Assembly: GCA_963790475.1 (NCBI GenBank)
Contig: CAWBOS010000010.1
Location: forward strand, 64,001-128,000
From: an uncultured delta proteobacterium
GTDB lineage: Bacteria > Desulfobacterota > RBG-13-43-22
Direction: 5' to 3'
DNA length: 64,000 bases
The position numbers were made by a program, and so were the translations under genes. A model generated the notes under the pieces. It was not told the origin of the DNA, searched no databases, and saw nothing but the letters and a program-made list of their open reading frames with translations. Shown here one piece after another: positions 38,549-50,932 of the stretch; positions within the stretch are counted from its first letter, which is position 1, and each line of letters begins with the position of its first letter.

Positions 38549-39136
38549 TTATTTCATCCGAAATCCGGCCACCTTTTCCAGTACCGCCAACACTTCTGTT
38601 ACCGGCAGACCGACTACATTGGTATAGGACCCGCTTATTTTTTTGACACAAAAGGCGCCCTTCCCCTGAATGGCATAGGCACCGGCTTTGTCCAAAGGCT
38701 CTCCGGTCTGGACATACCAGTCGATCTCTTCGCTGGACAAGGATTTGAAATGGACCCGGGTTGAAATGCTTTTAATAAGTGTACGGTTCAGCACTCGATT
38801 CTTCAAACAAAAACCGGTAATCACCCGATGGATTTCCCCGCTCAAGAGTTGAAGAAATCTTTTCGCCTCTTGTGAATCCTTAGGTTTTCCCAGCATTTTT
38901 TCTCCTAAAACAACCACCGTATCGGCCCCTAAAACCCATTGTCCCGGATAGAGGCAGGAAACGATATGGGCCTTCTCTTCGGCCATACGAAGGGAAAACG
39001 ATACCGGGTCTTCCCTGTGACGGGGGATTTCTCGAACTTCCGCAGGAACAATTTTCAACCGCAACCCTAAATCCTTTAACAAGGCTTTACGCCTGGGTGA
39101 CTCAGAGGCTAAAATCAACAAGAAGAGTGATTCCAT
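38549..39136 (-). CDS. maf: Maf nucleotide pyrophosphatase (YhdE type)
   Basis: ILASESPRR, GADTVV, GKP, DKAGAYAIQG and NVVGLP. Confidence 0.95.
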   Translation of the reverse strand: MESLFLLILASESPRRKALLKDLGLRLKIVPAEVREIPRHREDPVSFSLRMAEEKAHIVSCLYPGQWVLGADTVVVLGEKMLGKPKDSQEAKRFLQLLSGEIHRVITGFCLKNRVLNRTLIKSISTRVHFKSLSSEEIDWYVQTGEPLDKAGAYAIQGKGAFCVKKISGSYTNVVGLPVTEVLAVLEKVAGFRMK

Positions 39137-39145
39137 TCCCTGTGA

Positions 39146-39922
39146 TCAAATTCCCTTCAACCGTTTAAAGGCCCGATAGGTATTTTGAAGAACAACCGGA
39201 CTTAATTCCGATAAAGCTATTCCTCTAAGCCGGGCCACATGTTCGGCGGTGTGGACCAGCTGGGCCGGTTCGTTTCGTTTTCCCCGGAAGGGATGGGGGG
39301 CAAGGTAGGGGGCGTCGGTTTCCAAAAGAAGGGATTCAATAGGTGCGCGCCGGATAACCTCTTCCAAAACCGAACCTTTTTTATAGGTAACAGCCCCGGT
39401 GATCGATAGAAAAAAATTCATATCCAGACACTGTCGGGCCATTTCCCAATCACCGGAAAAGCAATGGAAAATTCCTCCGACTTCTTCGGCCTTTTCCTCT
39501 CTTAAAATTGTCAACACTTCTTCGTGGGCCTCCCGGTCGTGAATGATGACGGGAAGGGCCGCTGTTCGGGCCAACTGAATTAAATGGCGAAAGGTTTCCT
39601 TTTGCCGGGTCGGTGGAGAAAGATTGCGATAAAAATCCAGCCCGATTTCTCCGACGGCCACCACTAAAGGATCTTTCGTCAGTTTGGCCAAATGAGGGAG
39701 GATTTCCGGATGAAAAGAAGCGGCATCGTGGGGGTGGAAACCGACTGTGGCCCAAATCTTTTGATAAGTTTTGGCTAAGGCCAGGGCCTTACGGCTGCTT
39801 TCTAAATCGGTTCCGATGGTGATGATCCCGTTTATCCCTCCGGCAATGGCCCGCTCAACCACCTGGGGACGGTCGGGGTCGAATTCCTTCATCTCCAAAT
39901 GGGCGTGAGAGTCAATCCACAT
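39146..39922 (-). CDS. tatD: TatD-family hydrolase
   Basis: IDSHAH, GFHPH, GEIGLD, IHDREA, HCFSG, LETDAP and RNEP. Confidence 0.93.
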   Translation of the reverse strand: MWIDSHAHLEMKEFDPDRPQVVERAIAGGINGIITIGTDLESSRKALALAKTYQKIWATVGFHPHDAASFHPEILPHLAKLTKDPLVVAVGEIGLDFYRNLSPPTRQKETFRHLIQLARTAALPVIIHDREAHEEVLTILREEKAEEVGGIFHCFSGDWEMARQCLDMNFFLSITGAVTYKKGSVLEEVIRRAPIESLLLETDAPYLAPHPFRGKRNEPAQLVHTAEHVARLRGIALSELSPVVLQNTYRAFKRLKGI

Positions 39923-40252
39923 AAAAGGATCTCCAAGGGCCAAGTGGGAAGTATTTCATTTTATTAATTGTTTTCCACGGATTGTAAAAGGGGCTCTGAT
40001 TATTAAAGCGATAATTTTATATCATATTTTTTGATTTAAAGCCAATTTATTCCGGAAAGATATTTCTTTTGAAATTAATCGGTGAATATGTTATAAGTGC
40101 TCGACTCAAATGAAGGTTTCATTAATAACGTCTTTGAAAAAGCATAACGATCGCATTCCCCGCAGTTCGCTCCCGGGATATTCAATGTTCGTCTTCAGCC
40201 TTGTGGATCGCAATCCTTTTGCTAAGTGGAAAAATGGAAAGGTTATTGGAGC

Positions 40253-41239
40253 GTGAAAAAAATCGGCATAAAAGGAACAGGGTCTTATCTGCCCGAACGA
40301 ATCGTTCCCAATTCCTATTTCGAAAAAATTATCGATACTTCTAATGAATGGATAGTCAGCCGTACCGGCATTCAGGAGCGGAGGATGGTCCTCCCCGGGC
40401 AGGCGTTGTCCGATATGGCCACCCCGGCTTGTGAACAAGCTCTGGAAATGGCCGGTCTTTCTGCCGAAGATTTGGATTTGATTATTGTGGGGACCTCCAC
40501 GCCCGATATGCCGACACCGTCGACCGGCTGTTTCCTTCAGCATTATCTTGGTGCTAAAAAGGCGGTTGCTTTTGATATCAGTGCGGCTTGTCCGGGATTC
40601 ATTTATGGATTGACTATAGCTCAAAAATTTATGCAGGACGGTTCTCATCAACACGCCCTGGTCGTGGGAGGGGAAATCATTTCCCACCGAATTGATTATC
40701 AGGACCGGGCCACCTGTGTCCTTTTCGGCGATGGAGCCGGGGCCGTGGTTTTGGGGCATTCTAAAGGTAAAGGGGAAGGGAAAATCCTGTCGACCGTGAT
40801 CCAATCCGATGGAAACCTCTGGAGATTGCTCAATGTGCCCGGAGGCGGATCCCTCCATCCTCCCTCCCATGCAATGGTCAAAGCCGGTCTCCATTTTCTC
40901 AAAATGCAGGGAAATGAGGTATTCAAGCATGCAGTCCGTTCCATGACTGATGCTGTGAGGAAGGTTATGGAAAGTGGTGGTATTACCAGCCGGCAGGTCG
41001 ACTGGTTTATTCCTCATCAGGCCAATCTCAGGATCATGGAGGCCGTGGCCAAACGGGTGGCGATACCAATGAAAAAAGTGATCGTCACTGTCCACAAATA
41101 CGGCAATACCTCTGTGGCTACTATCCCTACGGCCCTGGATGAAGGGGTTCGAAGCGGACAAATTCAAAAAGGGGATCTGATCCTGACTGCTTCCTTTGGG
41201 GCCGGTTTTACCTGGGGAGCGGCCTTATTCCGATTTTGA
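40253..41239 (+). CDS. fabH: 3-oxoacyl-ACP synthase III
   Basis: AACPGF, LFGDGAGA, PHQAN, GNTS and FGAGFTWG. Confidence 0.95.
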   Translation: MKKIGIKGTGSYLPERIVPNSYFEKIIDTSNEWIVSRTGIQERRMVLPGQALSDMATPACEQALEMAGLSAEDLDLIIVGTSTPDMPTPSTGCFLQHYLGAKKAVAFDISAACPGFIYGLTIAQKFMQDGSHQHALVVGGEIISHRIDYQDRATCVLFGDGAGAVVLGHSKGKGEGKILSTVIQSDGNLWRLLNVPGGGSLHPPSHAMVKAGLHFLKMQGNEVFKHAVRSMTDAVRKVMESGGITSRQVDWFIPHQANLRIMEAVAKRVAIPMKKVIVTVHKYGNTSVATIPTALDEGVRSGQIQKGDLILTASFGAGFTWGAALFRF

Positions 41240-41258
41240 TTTTTTGGAGAAATAAATT

Positions 41259-41502
41259 ATGCCTATTTATGAGTTTTGCTGTGACCAGTGTCATAACACC
41301 TTTGAACTGCTGGCAGTTCAGAGTGATGACCTGATAGAACCCGTTTGTCCTTCCTGCCAGTCTCCGGAGATCAGCCGGGTGACTGTCGAAAATTAACGTG
41401 GGAAGCTCCGGTAAAGGGGGGCAATCCATGCCCCAGGTGAGTGAGCGAAACTGTGCATCCGGAAATTGCACCACTATTGATATTCCCGGTCCAAGCAAAT
41501 AG
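41259..41502 (+). pseudogene. FmdB-family zinc-ribbon protein with a +1 frameshift near 41382 (not in the ORF track)
   Basis: MPIYEFCCDQCHNTFE...CPSCQS..ISRV, then a shifted frame LSKINVG...NCASGNCTT. Confidence 0.75.
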
Positions 41503-41707
41503 TCTTGTCTCCAGATCATCCTTTTTTCCGCACACCGCTAAAGGGTTCTAATAGATAAAGCCTGTTGGGAAAAAGCAACTAAAGAGATCTTTTCAGAAAT
41601 TACCGGCAAGAAATTTTTGTTTAAAGTCCGCCAACCGATCTCCAGCTTAACTTGACAAGAGCCCGGAAGTATATTAAAGGCTATTATCCTTATTTATTAA
41701 TCAGCCT

Positions 41708-42775
41708 ATGGATGATCAACTAACGTTATCCCAATTCGATTTTATATTGTCTCCTGATTTGATAGCTCAGGAGCCTTGTCAGGAGAGAGACCGTTCCCGG
41801 CTTATGATCCTGGATCGAAAGACCGGAAATCGGGAGCACCTTCGCTTCCACCGGCTTATCGAATATTTGTCTCCAGGGGATGTGCTGGTGGTCAACGATA
41901 CCCAGGTGATTCCGGCCCGTTTGGAAGGGAAGAAAAAGAGCGGGGGGCGGGTGGAATGTCTGATTTTAAATTATCCGACGCAACCAGTCAGGGAAACCTA
42001 TGTCACCCCTTGTCTGCTCAAAGTCGGTGGGAAAATCCGGCCAGGCGATCAAATCCATTTTGGTGAAAGTCTGCAAGGGGAGATACTTCCTCCACCTCCA
42101 AACGGAAAAGCCCTGGTTCGATTCCGTTTCGAAGGATGGTTCGATTCCGTTTTAAAAAAAATTGGCCGGGTTCCCCTGCCGCCTTACATTCACCGGGACG
42201 TTCATGATGCCGATCTCTGGGAACAGGACCGGAATCGCTACCAAACCGTGTATGCCCGGCATCCCGGGGCGGTGGCAGCCCCTACAGCCGGACTTCACTT
42301 TTCTCCGGATTTGATAGCGGCTATTAAAGACAAAGGGGTTTTTATCAGCCCGATTACTTTACATGTAGGTTACGGCACTTTCGCCCCGATAAAAGCGGAA
42401 AGGATCTCGGAGCATAAGATGCACTCTGAAGCGTATAGGGTTTCGGCTCAAACCGCCGAGGAGATTCGGGAACAAAAACAACGGGGGGGGCGGATTATCG
42501 CCGTGGGAACCACCAGTGCCCGGGTCTTGGAACACCAAGCCCTGAAATATGGATCAATCAAGGCCGAAGAAGGGGAGTGCGATCTTTTTATTACCCCGGG
42601 TTTCTCTTTTCAAGCGATTGACGGATTGATCACCAACTTCCATCTGCCAAGGACCACTTTGCTATTGCTGGTTTCCGCCTTTGCCGGTAGTGAAAAGATT
42701 CAGAAGGCCTACCGGGAAGCCATCGAGCGGAAATACCGTTTTTATAGTTATGGGGATGCGATGTTGATTCTTTAG
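41708..42775 (+). CDS. queA: S-adenosylmethionine:tRNA ribosyltransferase-isomerase
   Basis: PLPPYI, YQTVYA, AAPTAGLHF, LHVGYGTF, TNFHLP and YRFYSYGDAM. Confidence 0.97.
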   Translation: MDDQLTLSQFDFILSPDLIAQEPCQERDRSRLMILDRKTGNREHLRFHRLIEYLSPGDVLVVNDTQVIPARLEGKKKSGGRVECLILNYPTQPVRETYVTPCLLKVGGKIRPGDQIHFGESLQGEILPPPPNGKALVRFRFEGWFDSVLKKIGRVPLPPYIHRDVHDADLWEQDRNRYQTVYARHPGAVAAPTAGLHFSPDLIAAIKDKGVFISPITLHVGYGTFAPIKAERISEHKMHSEAYRVSAQTAEEIREQKQRGGRIIAVGTTSARVLEHQALKYGSIKAEEGECDLFITPGFSFQAIDGLITNFHLPRTTLLLLVSAFAGSEKIQKAYREAIERKYRFYSYGDAMLIL

Positions 42776-42785
42776 GAAAAGACGG

Positions 42786-44050
<1,265 letters not shown>

Positions 44051-44055
44051 CGTTT

Positions 44056-44415
44056 ATGTTTCCATTCACCGCCGTTGCCGAGGCCATGGGACTTCCCGGA
44101 GGAGGATCCGGAGGTTCCGGAGCAGGGGGATATGCAGGATTGATCCCCCTGGTATTGATGTTTGTGATTTTCTATTTTCTATTGATCCGGCCCCAACAAA
44201 AAAAGTCCAAACAACACCGGGAATTATTGAGCAATTTGAAGCGTGGTGATTCGGTCATCACCTCCGGAGGGATCTACGGCCGGATCGCTGAAATTAACGA
44301 GAATATTATTGTCCTGGAAGTGGCTGATAGGGTTCGCGTCAAGGTGGCCAGAGGTTTCGTCTCCGGCCTGGCCGGGCCCGGGCAAGAAGCCCCTCAGCCC
44401 ACGAAACCGGCCTGA
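44056..44415 (+). CDS. yajC: Preprotein translocase subunit YajC
   Basis: FYFLLIRPQQK and GDSVITSGGIYG. Confidence 0.95.
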   Translation: MFPFTAVAEAMGLPGGGSGGSGAGGYAGLIPLVLMFVIFYFLLIRPQQKKSKQHRELLSNLKRGDSVITSGGIYGRIAEINENIIVLEVADRVRVKVARGFVSGLAGPGQEAPQPTKPA

Positions 44416-44423
44416 GGAATATA

Positions 44424-44524
44424 GGTCTTCTGGTCCGTTTGGTCTCTTTAGTCTGTTTGGTCGTTTTGTTTTTTTGACCGAGAAGACTAAAGAGACCGAA
44501 TAGACTAAATAGACTAAACGACTA
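44424..44524. repeat. Inverted nonamer tandem-repeat array between yajC and dprA
   Basis: GGTCCGTTT GGTCTCTTT AGTCTGTTT GGTCGTTTT ... GACCGAGAA GACTAAAGA GACCGAATA GACTAAATA. Confidence 0.8.
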
Positions 44525-44525
44525 T

Positions 44526-45423
44526 ATGGATCGCAAATCCCTTTATCCCTGGCTGGCTTTAAACGGGATCGCCGGATTGGGCAAGGTCGGTTTCGCTCGC
44601 CTTATAGAGAGATATGGGTCTCCGATTTATATTAAAAGGGGTCCCTTATTCAGGATGGCCGATCCTTGACGGTAGTTGGTTCCCGGAAGCGTCCCATTAC
44701 GGGATCAAGATGACCGAACGGTTGGCCTGGGGGCTGTCTCAAAAAGGATTGACTATTGTCAGCGGCATGGCCCGCGGTATTGATGCCGCCGCTCATCAGG
44801 GGGCCTTGATGGCCCAGGGCCGGACCGTGGCTGTGCTTGGTTCCGGTCTGGATGTTGTTTATCCGCAGGAAAACAAGAAGCTCTTTGATCGAATCGTTAA
44901 ATTGGGCCTGGTCTATTCTGAATTTCCTTTAGGGACTCTTCCTGAGCGCCAGAATTTTCCGGTCCGGAACCGGATAATCAGCGGTATGTCCCTGGGCGTG
45001 GTCATCGTTGAAGCTACGCAGCGCAGCGGTTCTTTGATTACCGCCCGACTGGCTTTGGATCAGGGACGGGAGGTCTTTGCCGTTCCCGGAAGCGTGGAAT
45101 CATTTAAAAGTTCCGGAACCCACAGCCTGATCAAACAAGGGGCCAAATTGGTAGAACATGCCCAAGATGTTCTGGAAGAACTTCATTGGGAGGAATCCCA
45201 ACAGATTGAACGGGGGCCGAAAACTGAGGTCACAAAAAGAAGACCTTCTCTTTCTCCACAGGAAGAACAAATTTGGGACCTGCTGTCCAACGGGTCGATT
45301 CACGTGGATCAGATGGTCCGGCAAGCCGGGATAGGCATATCCCCGATGTTGTCTTTACTCTTGGAGATGGAACTGAAGGGGCTTATCAAACAATTACCGG
45401 GTAAATATTTTACCAGGACATAA
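44526..45423 (+). pseudogene. dprA: DNA-processing protein DprA with an internal deletion and frameshifts
   Basis: True N-terminus MDRKSLYPWLALNGIAGLGKV...YGSP; VVGSR motif in a different frame; intact VSGMARGID, RNRIISG, SGSLITA and FAVPG. Confidence 0.85.
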
Positions 45424-45454
45424 ATAAAGCGCACGCAGGAGCTGACTAACCCCT

Positions 45455-47893
45455 ATGGAAAAATCGTTGTTGATTGTTGAGTCGCCTACCAAGGTTCGAA
45501 CCATTAAAAAATATTTGGGGTCCGGGTTTGAGGTCAAAGCCTCCCTGGGACATATTAAAGATTTACCCACAAAACTGCTGGGGGTGGATGTAGAAAATCA
45601 ATTCAAACCGGAATTTCAGATTATTTCCGGAAAAGACAAGATCCTGAAAGAATTGAAACAGGCGGCTAAAAAAATCCGTCATATCTACCTGGCCCCGGAC
45701 CCGGACCGCGAAGGGGAGGCCATCGCCTGGCATCTGGCTGAAGAGCTGGCCGGCAAGGATAAGGAATTTCATCGGGTTCTCTTTCATGAATTATCACCCA
45801 GAGCGATTCAGGAAGCCCTGGCCCACCCGGAAAAGTTGAATGAGCCGCGCTTTCAATCGCAACTGGCCCGCCGCATCCTGGATCGGCTGGTAGGTTACCA
45901 GATTTCTCCTCTCCTCTGGGACAAGGTCAAAAGAGGTCTAAGTGCCGGCCGGGTGCAGTCCGTGGCCGTTCGTTTCATCTGCGACCGGGAACGGGAAATC
46001 CAGGCCTTTGTTTCCAAAGAATACTGGTCGATCGCCGCCTCACTTCAGGCCGACCTTCCCCCTGACTTTGAAGCCAGACTGATTAAAGGACAGGGGAAGG
46101 CCATCAAGATCGTCAGTGAAGAGCAGGCCAAGGCGATTACCGACCGTTTATCACACGAATCCTTCCAGGTAATCAGTATTGAAAAGAAGGAGCGTAAACG
46201 CAATGCCCTGCCTCCTTTTACCACCAGTCAATTACAGCAGGAGGCTTTTCGGAAGCTGCGTTTTCCGGCCAAAAAGACCATGTTTCTGGCCCAGAAACTT
46301 TACGAAGGGGTAGAGGTGGGGGATGAAGGATTGGTTGGTTTGATTACCTATATGCGAACTGATTCCACCCGGGTCTCCCAAGAGGCCCTGGCTGCCGTTC
46401 GCCATTATATCCAAAGCCAGTTTGGAGCGGAATACGTACCTGGCAAACCCCATTTCTATACCAATAAAAAATCAGCCCAGGATGCCCATGAGGCCATTCG
46501 TCCTACTTCCATGAATTTATCTCCGGATAACCTGTCGCGTTTTCTGGAGAATGATTTACTGGCCCTCTATCGCCTGATCTGGAATCGGTTTGTGGCCAGC
46601 CAGATGAAGGCCGCCCTGTTTGATCAAACCACGGTGGACATCAAGGCCGGGGAATATCTACTGCGGGCTTCGGGCTCGGTCTTACGCTTTCCCGGTTTTA
46701 CGGCTGTCTATGAAGTGGGAAAAGATATTGTTTCTTCGGAGGAGGAAGAGGAAGAGAAAAAAGGGCAACTCCCCATTCTTCGGGTTCATCAAAAATTGAC
46801 TTTGCTTCAGATCATTCCCAAGCAGCACTTTACTCAGCCACCGCCCCGTTATACCGAAGCAACCCTGGTCAAGGAGTTGGAGGAAAAAGGGATCGGCCGC
46901 CCCAGTACCTATGCCGCCATCATCTCCACCATTCAGGATAAAGATTATGTCAAGAAGGAAAAATATTTTTTCTTTCCCACCGAGCTGGGTTTTCTGGTCA
47001 ATGATCTCCTGGTAAAAAATTTCCCCGATATCCTGGATGTCCAGTTTACCGCCCTGATGGAAAACAACTTGGATCAGATCGAAGAGGGTAAGCAGGAATG
47101 GACCAAGGTTCTGGGGGATTTTTATCTGCCTTTTTCCAAGGATCTGGACCGGGCCCGGACGGAAATGAAACAGGTGCGGGGCAAGGGCGTAAAGACAGAT
47201 ATCGTCTGCCCGACCTGCGGAAAACCCATGACCATCCGCATCGGGAAAAACGGTCCTTTTCTGGCCTGTTCCGGCTATCCGACCTGCAAGCAAACGCAAA
47301 ATTTTGTACGGGATGAGAAAGGAAATATAAAACCGGTGACGGTAGAAACCCCTCAATCGGACCCCTCGGGAAAAGAATGTCCCCAATGCGGCAAGCCCAT
47401 GGTGGTGCGCAATGGGCGGTTTGGATCTTTTTGGGCCTGTTCCGGTTATCCGGATTGCAAACAAACCCAGCCGATTTCCTCGGAAGGGCAACCGGCCGAG
47501 GAGACTGCCCCGAAGGTGGTCAGCGACCAGGTCTGCCCCAAATGTGGAGGCCCAATGGTTGAGAAAAAAAACCGTTATGGAGGGACATTCCTGGCCTGTG
47601 AAAAATACCCGAAGTGCAAAGGGGCCTTGCCGGTGACCACGGAGTTTCCCTGCCCGAGCCCCGGATGTTCTGGGATGCTGGTTTCCCGGGTGGCACGCAA
47701 AAAAGGCTTGAAGTTCCTGGGTTGCAGCCGTTATCCTGAATGCAAGACCATGATCTGGGGAAAACCGGTCAAAGAAACCTGCCCACAATGCCAGGCCCCT
47801 TTCTTAGTGGAAAAGACGACTAAAAAAGAGGGGACGGTCTGGTCCTGTGCCAACAAGGAATGCGGGTATCAGGTGGGGAAGAGGGATGAGTAG
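45455..47893 (+). CDS. topA: DNA topoisomerase I with C-terminal zinc ribbons
   Basis: IVESPTK, DPDREGE, SAGRVQS, ITYMRTDS and GIGRPSTY; five C4 repeats. Confidence 0.98.
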   Translation: MEKSLLIVESPTKVRTIKKYLGSGFEVKASLGHIKDLPTKLLGVDVENQFKPEFQIISGKDKILKELKQAAKKIRHIYLAPDPDREGEAIAWHLAEELAGKDKEFHRVLFHELSPRAIQEALAHPEKLNEPRFQSQLARRILDRLVGYQISPLLWDKVKRGLSAGRVQSVAVRFICDREREIQAFVSKEYWSIAASLQADLPPDFEARLIKGQGKAIKIVSEEQAKAITDRLSHESFQVISIEKKERKRNALPPFTTSQLQQEAFRKLRFPAKKTMFLAQKLYEGVEVGDEGLVGLITYMRTDSTRVSQEALAAVRHYIQSQFGAEYVPGKPHFYTNKKSAQDAHEAIRPTSMNLSPDNLSRFLENDLLALYRLIWNRFVASQMKAALFDQTTVDIKAGEYLLRASGSVLRFPGFTAVYEVGKDIVSSEEEEEEKKGQLPILRVHQKLTLLQIIPKQHFTQPPPRYTEATLVKELEEKGIGRPSTYAAIISTIQDKDYVKKEKYFFFPTELGFLVNDLLVKNFPDILDVQFTALMENNLDQIEEGKQEWTKVLGDFYLPFSKDLDRARTEMKQVRGKGVKTDIVCPTCGKPMTIRIGKNGPFLACSGYPTCKQTQNFVRDEKGNIKPVTVETPQSDPSGKECPQCGKPMVVRNGRFGSFWACSGYPDCKQTQPISSEGQPAEETAPKVVSDQVCPKCGGPMVEKKNRYGGTFLACEKYPKCKGALPVTTEFPCPSPGCSGMLVSRVARKKGLKFLGCSRYPECKTMIWGKPVKETCPQCQAPFLVEKTTKKEGTVWSCANKECGYQVGKRDE

Positions 47894-47901
47894 AGATGAA
47901 C

Positions 47902-48276
47902 CTATAGAAACCGTTCAACCGGAACCGCGAATATAGCGCTGAGTTTCTTGGCCAACTCTTTACTGATACTTCGCTTACTATGTTCGATATCGGAAATTTT
48001 TTGGCGGGAATATTTCCCCAATTTCCTGCCTAACTCTATCTGGGTTAGACCCCAATTTTCTCGATAGATTCTGACCGTGTCGCCGGGAGTTGTTGCAGCT
48101 TTGATTCCCCGATACCAGTCGGTTTCAACTATTTTGATCCGCTCTTCATCCTCTTCAACTAATTCGATATTCTTGCCATAGGTCTGGTGCAGATACTTAA
48201 TTATCTTTGGTGGGATGTTCCCTTTTACTTCGAACAGGGGAAGATTAGTACGGGGCTTTTTCACGACTGCCAGCAT
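47902..48276 (-). CDS. XRE/HigA-like HTH antitoxin
   Basis: GLTQIELG...ISDIEHSKRSIS..AKKL; downstream of a RelE-like gene. Confidence 0.8.
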   Translation of the reverse strand: MLAVVKKPRTNLPLFEVKGNIPPKIIKYLHQTYGKNIELVEEDEERIKIVETDWYRGIKAATTPGDTVRIYRENWGLTQIELGRKLGKYSRQKISDIEHSKRSISKELAKKLSAIFAVPVERFL

Positions 48277-48508
48277 AATACACCTCAATAAAAGTTGGTT
48301 TTTGATACCGCCAACAGGCTACCCAGGATATCCCTAAATGGCAGTGATACTCGATCTTGCTGAGTTTACTATAATTTTTCCATGTTGGTTGTTCAGGACC
48401 TTTGTTTGCGAGATCTTGGATCAAGAGAACCAGATTCTTCTGCACCCACAACGGAAGCTTTGGGAACTCTTTGAGTACTTTTCTCTTGACGATGACCTCA
48501 TATTTCAT
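48245..48508 (-). CDS. RelE/HigB-like toxin
   Basis: Small basic protein ending IEVYYAGSRE; YHCHL; toxin-first arrangement. Confidence 0.7.
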   Translation of the reverse strand: MKYEVIVKRKVLKEFPKLPLWVQKNLVLLIQDLANKGPEQPTWKNYSKLSKIEYHCHLGISWVACWRYQKPTFIEVYYAGSREKAPY

Positions 48509-48517
48509 GGGAATTCA

Positions 48518-48546
48518 ATTGTCCCCTTATTTGGGGTACATGTCAA
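48518..48546 (-). promoter_or_regulatory. Sigma70 promoter with a palindromic operator in the spacer
   Basis: TTGACA-17-GACAAT on the minus strand; TGTCCCC-TTATTT-GGGGTACA palindrome. Confidence 0.7.
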
Positions 48547-48809
48547 GAAGATATTTTCTCTTGAGAGGATTTTTTGTTTGAGATAAGTATTCGATACTTT
48601 ACAAAATTTCAAACCTTAGTCTTCCGGCTGTGCCTATAGGTTTTGGTATTATAAACGCATAACCCTTATCTCTCAAGACACAAGTATTAGTGAGGGCTTC
48701 ATGATCAAAAATCGAATGGCCCCACTGTTGCAAAACCAACCCACCAGCCAGCCGGTTTATACCCTTTCAAAGATAGACTCTCCAATTCGGAAAGGCTTGA
48801 ATTCTTCTT

Positions 48810-50918
48810 ATGCCTTCAACTTCGGTCTCGGTGGATCAACGCTATTCGCACCGCGCAGCAAGGTATTATTCACGCCAGGCCCGTGTTGAACGCCTGATTG
48901 CCACAGCCAGACTTGCTCTTTCGGTTTGTTTCCTCGTGGCCTTATATCTGGACCCTTCAGAGCCGGCCATCTATGCCTCTATAACCTTCTCAATACTGGT
49001 CGGCTACCTCCTTTACGCGGTCATTTTAGCCGCGGCAGCCTGGGGCCTTGGAGAGCAAGGAAGAGAGTTTCGCTTGATCACTCACGACTTCGATCTGATG
49101 ATCTTCGCGGCCATCATGTTTTTGACACAGGGATCCACCAGTCCTTTTTTTGTCTTCTTCATTTTCTCCCTGCTGTGCGCCGCCATTCGCTGGCAATGGA
49201 AAGGAACCTTGTGGACGATTATCATCGCTTTGACGGCGGTCATCGGAATGGTCTTTTATCCGACCTATTTCCTGGCTGACCCGGAATTCGAGACGAACCG
49301 TTTCATTATCCGGGTGGTTTATCTCGCTGTCATGGGGGGTCTCTTCGGCTATGTGACCGTCCATGTTCAGAATTTGCATCGGGATCTCTCCCAATGGCGA
49401 CCTGGCCCAACACCGATGCAACCGATGTGGCCGACTTTCATCGGAAAGTGCTGGAACATGCCGCCGTCATCTTCGACTCAACCCGCCTGGTTTTGGCCTG
49501 GGAGGATGAAGAGGAACCTTTGCTTCACCTTGCTTCCTGGGCCGGCAGCACCTTTCAATACACCCGGGAATCGCTGACATTATTCGGAACCCTGGTGGCC
49601 GAGCCTTTGACCCGCATCAGTTTCTTCTGCTTTGACGCATAAGACCCAAAGGCTTCGGTGGTGTGCGATTTCCCGTCAGGATTGGGAAAATGGGAAGGCT
49701 TGCCTTGGACAAAAAGTTGCAGGAGCGCTTCACTATCAAAGCTGTTCTGGCCTTAAAGCCAAAGAGCGCCTGATGGAAGTGCAGCGGCAGATTGCGGCCG
49801 AGGGGCGGGATCTGCGCTTCCAGATCCAGGACTTGAAACCTCACTATTCGGGACTTTCGAAGAAAGAAGCGCTTCTCCTCGAACGCCTTACGGCCCTGGC
49901 CGAACAAATCAATCGTCAATGGAGTCTTTCAGGCGGAAATAGAATGGAAGCTTCAGGAGAAAGATGTTCCGCAAGCCGAGGCGCAGCAGATTTATTTTAT
50001 TGTTCATGAATCGATGATCAATGCCGCCCGTCATGCGAGAGCCTCCCGGGTGCGGGCCGAACTGGCCGTCAAAGCCGGCTGCCTATACATTACGGTGGCC
50101 GACGACGGCCGCGGCTTTCCCTTTCAGGGCGTTATGATCATGCCGCCTTAAAGGAAATGAATATCGGGCCCGGAACGTTGAGAGAAAGGATTGAATCCCT
50201 ATTTGGGTCCCTGACCATAGACTCAAGCAATACAGGCGCCCGTCTGGAGATAACCCTGCCTCTCCAAGAGAAAGGTGCTTAGTGCCTATACGTCTCATCA
50301 CCGCCGACGATCACCCGCTCATTCTCGACAGCCTGGATAGCCTTTTCCAACTGGAAAAAGATTTTCAGGTGGTGGCCCGTTGCCAAGATGGGATGGAAAC
50401 TTTGCGGGCGGTTCGAATTCAGCAGGCGGATATCCTGATCCTGGATATACGTATGCCGGGCAAGAATGGCCTGGAGGTCCTGCGGGAGATGCATGAGGAA
50501 CACATTCCCAGAAAAGTTGTTCTCCTGACGGGTGAGCTGGACGACGAGGAATTGATTGAGGCCATGCATCTCGGCGTCCAAGGCATTATACTTGAAGAGA
50601 TGGCACCCCTAGCTTCTGATCCAGTGCATTCAAGGTTCACGGCGGGCACCAGTGGTTGGAGCATCGATCGACCAGACGGGCCCTGGAGAAAATACTTAGG
50701 CGGGAGGCCGGGACCCGAGAGATAGCGGGTCTTTTGACGGCCCGTGAAATCGACACGGCCCGCCTGGTAGCCCAGGGACTTCACAATCAGGAGATCGAGG
50801 AAAAGCTTTTTATCAGCGAGGTACGGTCAAGACCCACCTGCACAACATTTTTGAAAAGCTGAAAGTGAACGGCCGCCCGGCTCTCGTGCGATATATGCAA
50901 GAGAAGGGGTTGGTGTAA
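48810..50918 (+). pseudogene. Multiply frameshifted NarX/NarL-type two-component pair (membrane sensor plus LuxR-type regulator)
   Basis: TM fragment; HESMINAARHA and VADDGRGF fragments; REC ADDHP..LDIRMP; LTAREI..GLHNQEI HTH in another frame. Confidence 0.8.
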
Positions 50919-50932
50919 AGGGGGGAAGAAAA

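Noticed and set aside
40150-40182. Degenerate CCCCGCAG..GCT.CCGGG REP-like palindrome upstream of fabH
   Set aside because: It is a single imperfect copy in this window and cannot be supported as a repeat family from this sequence alone.
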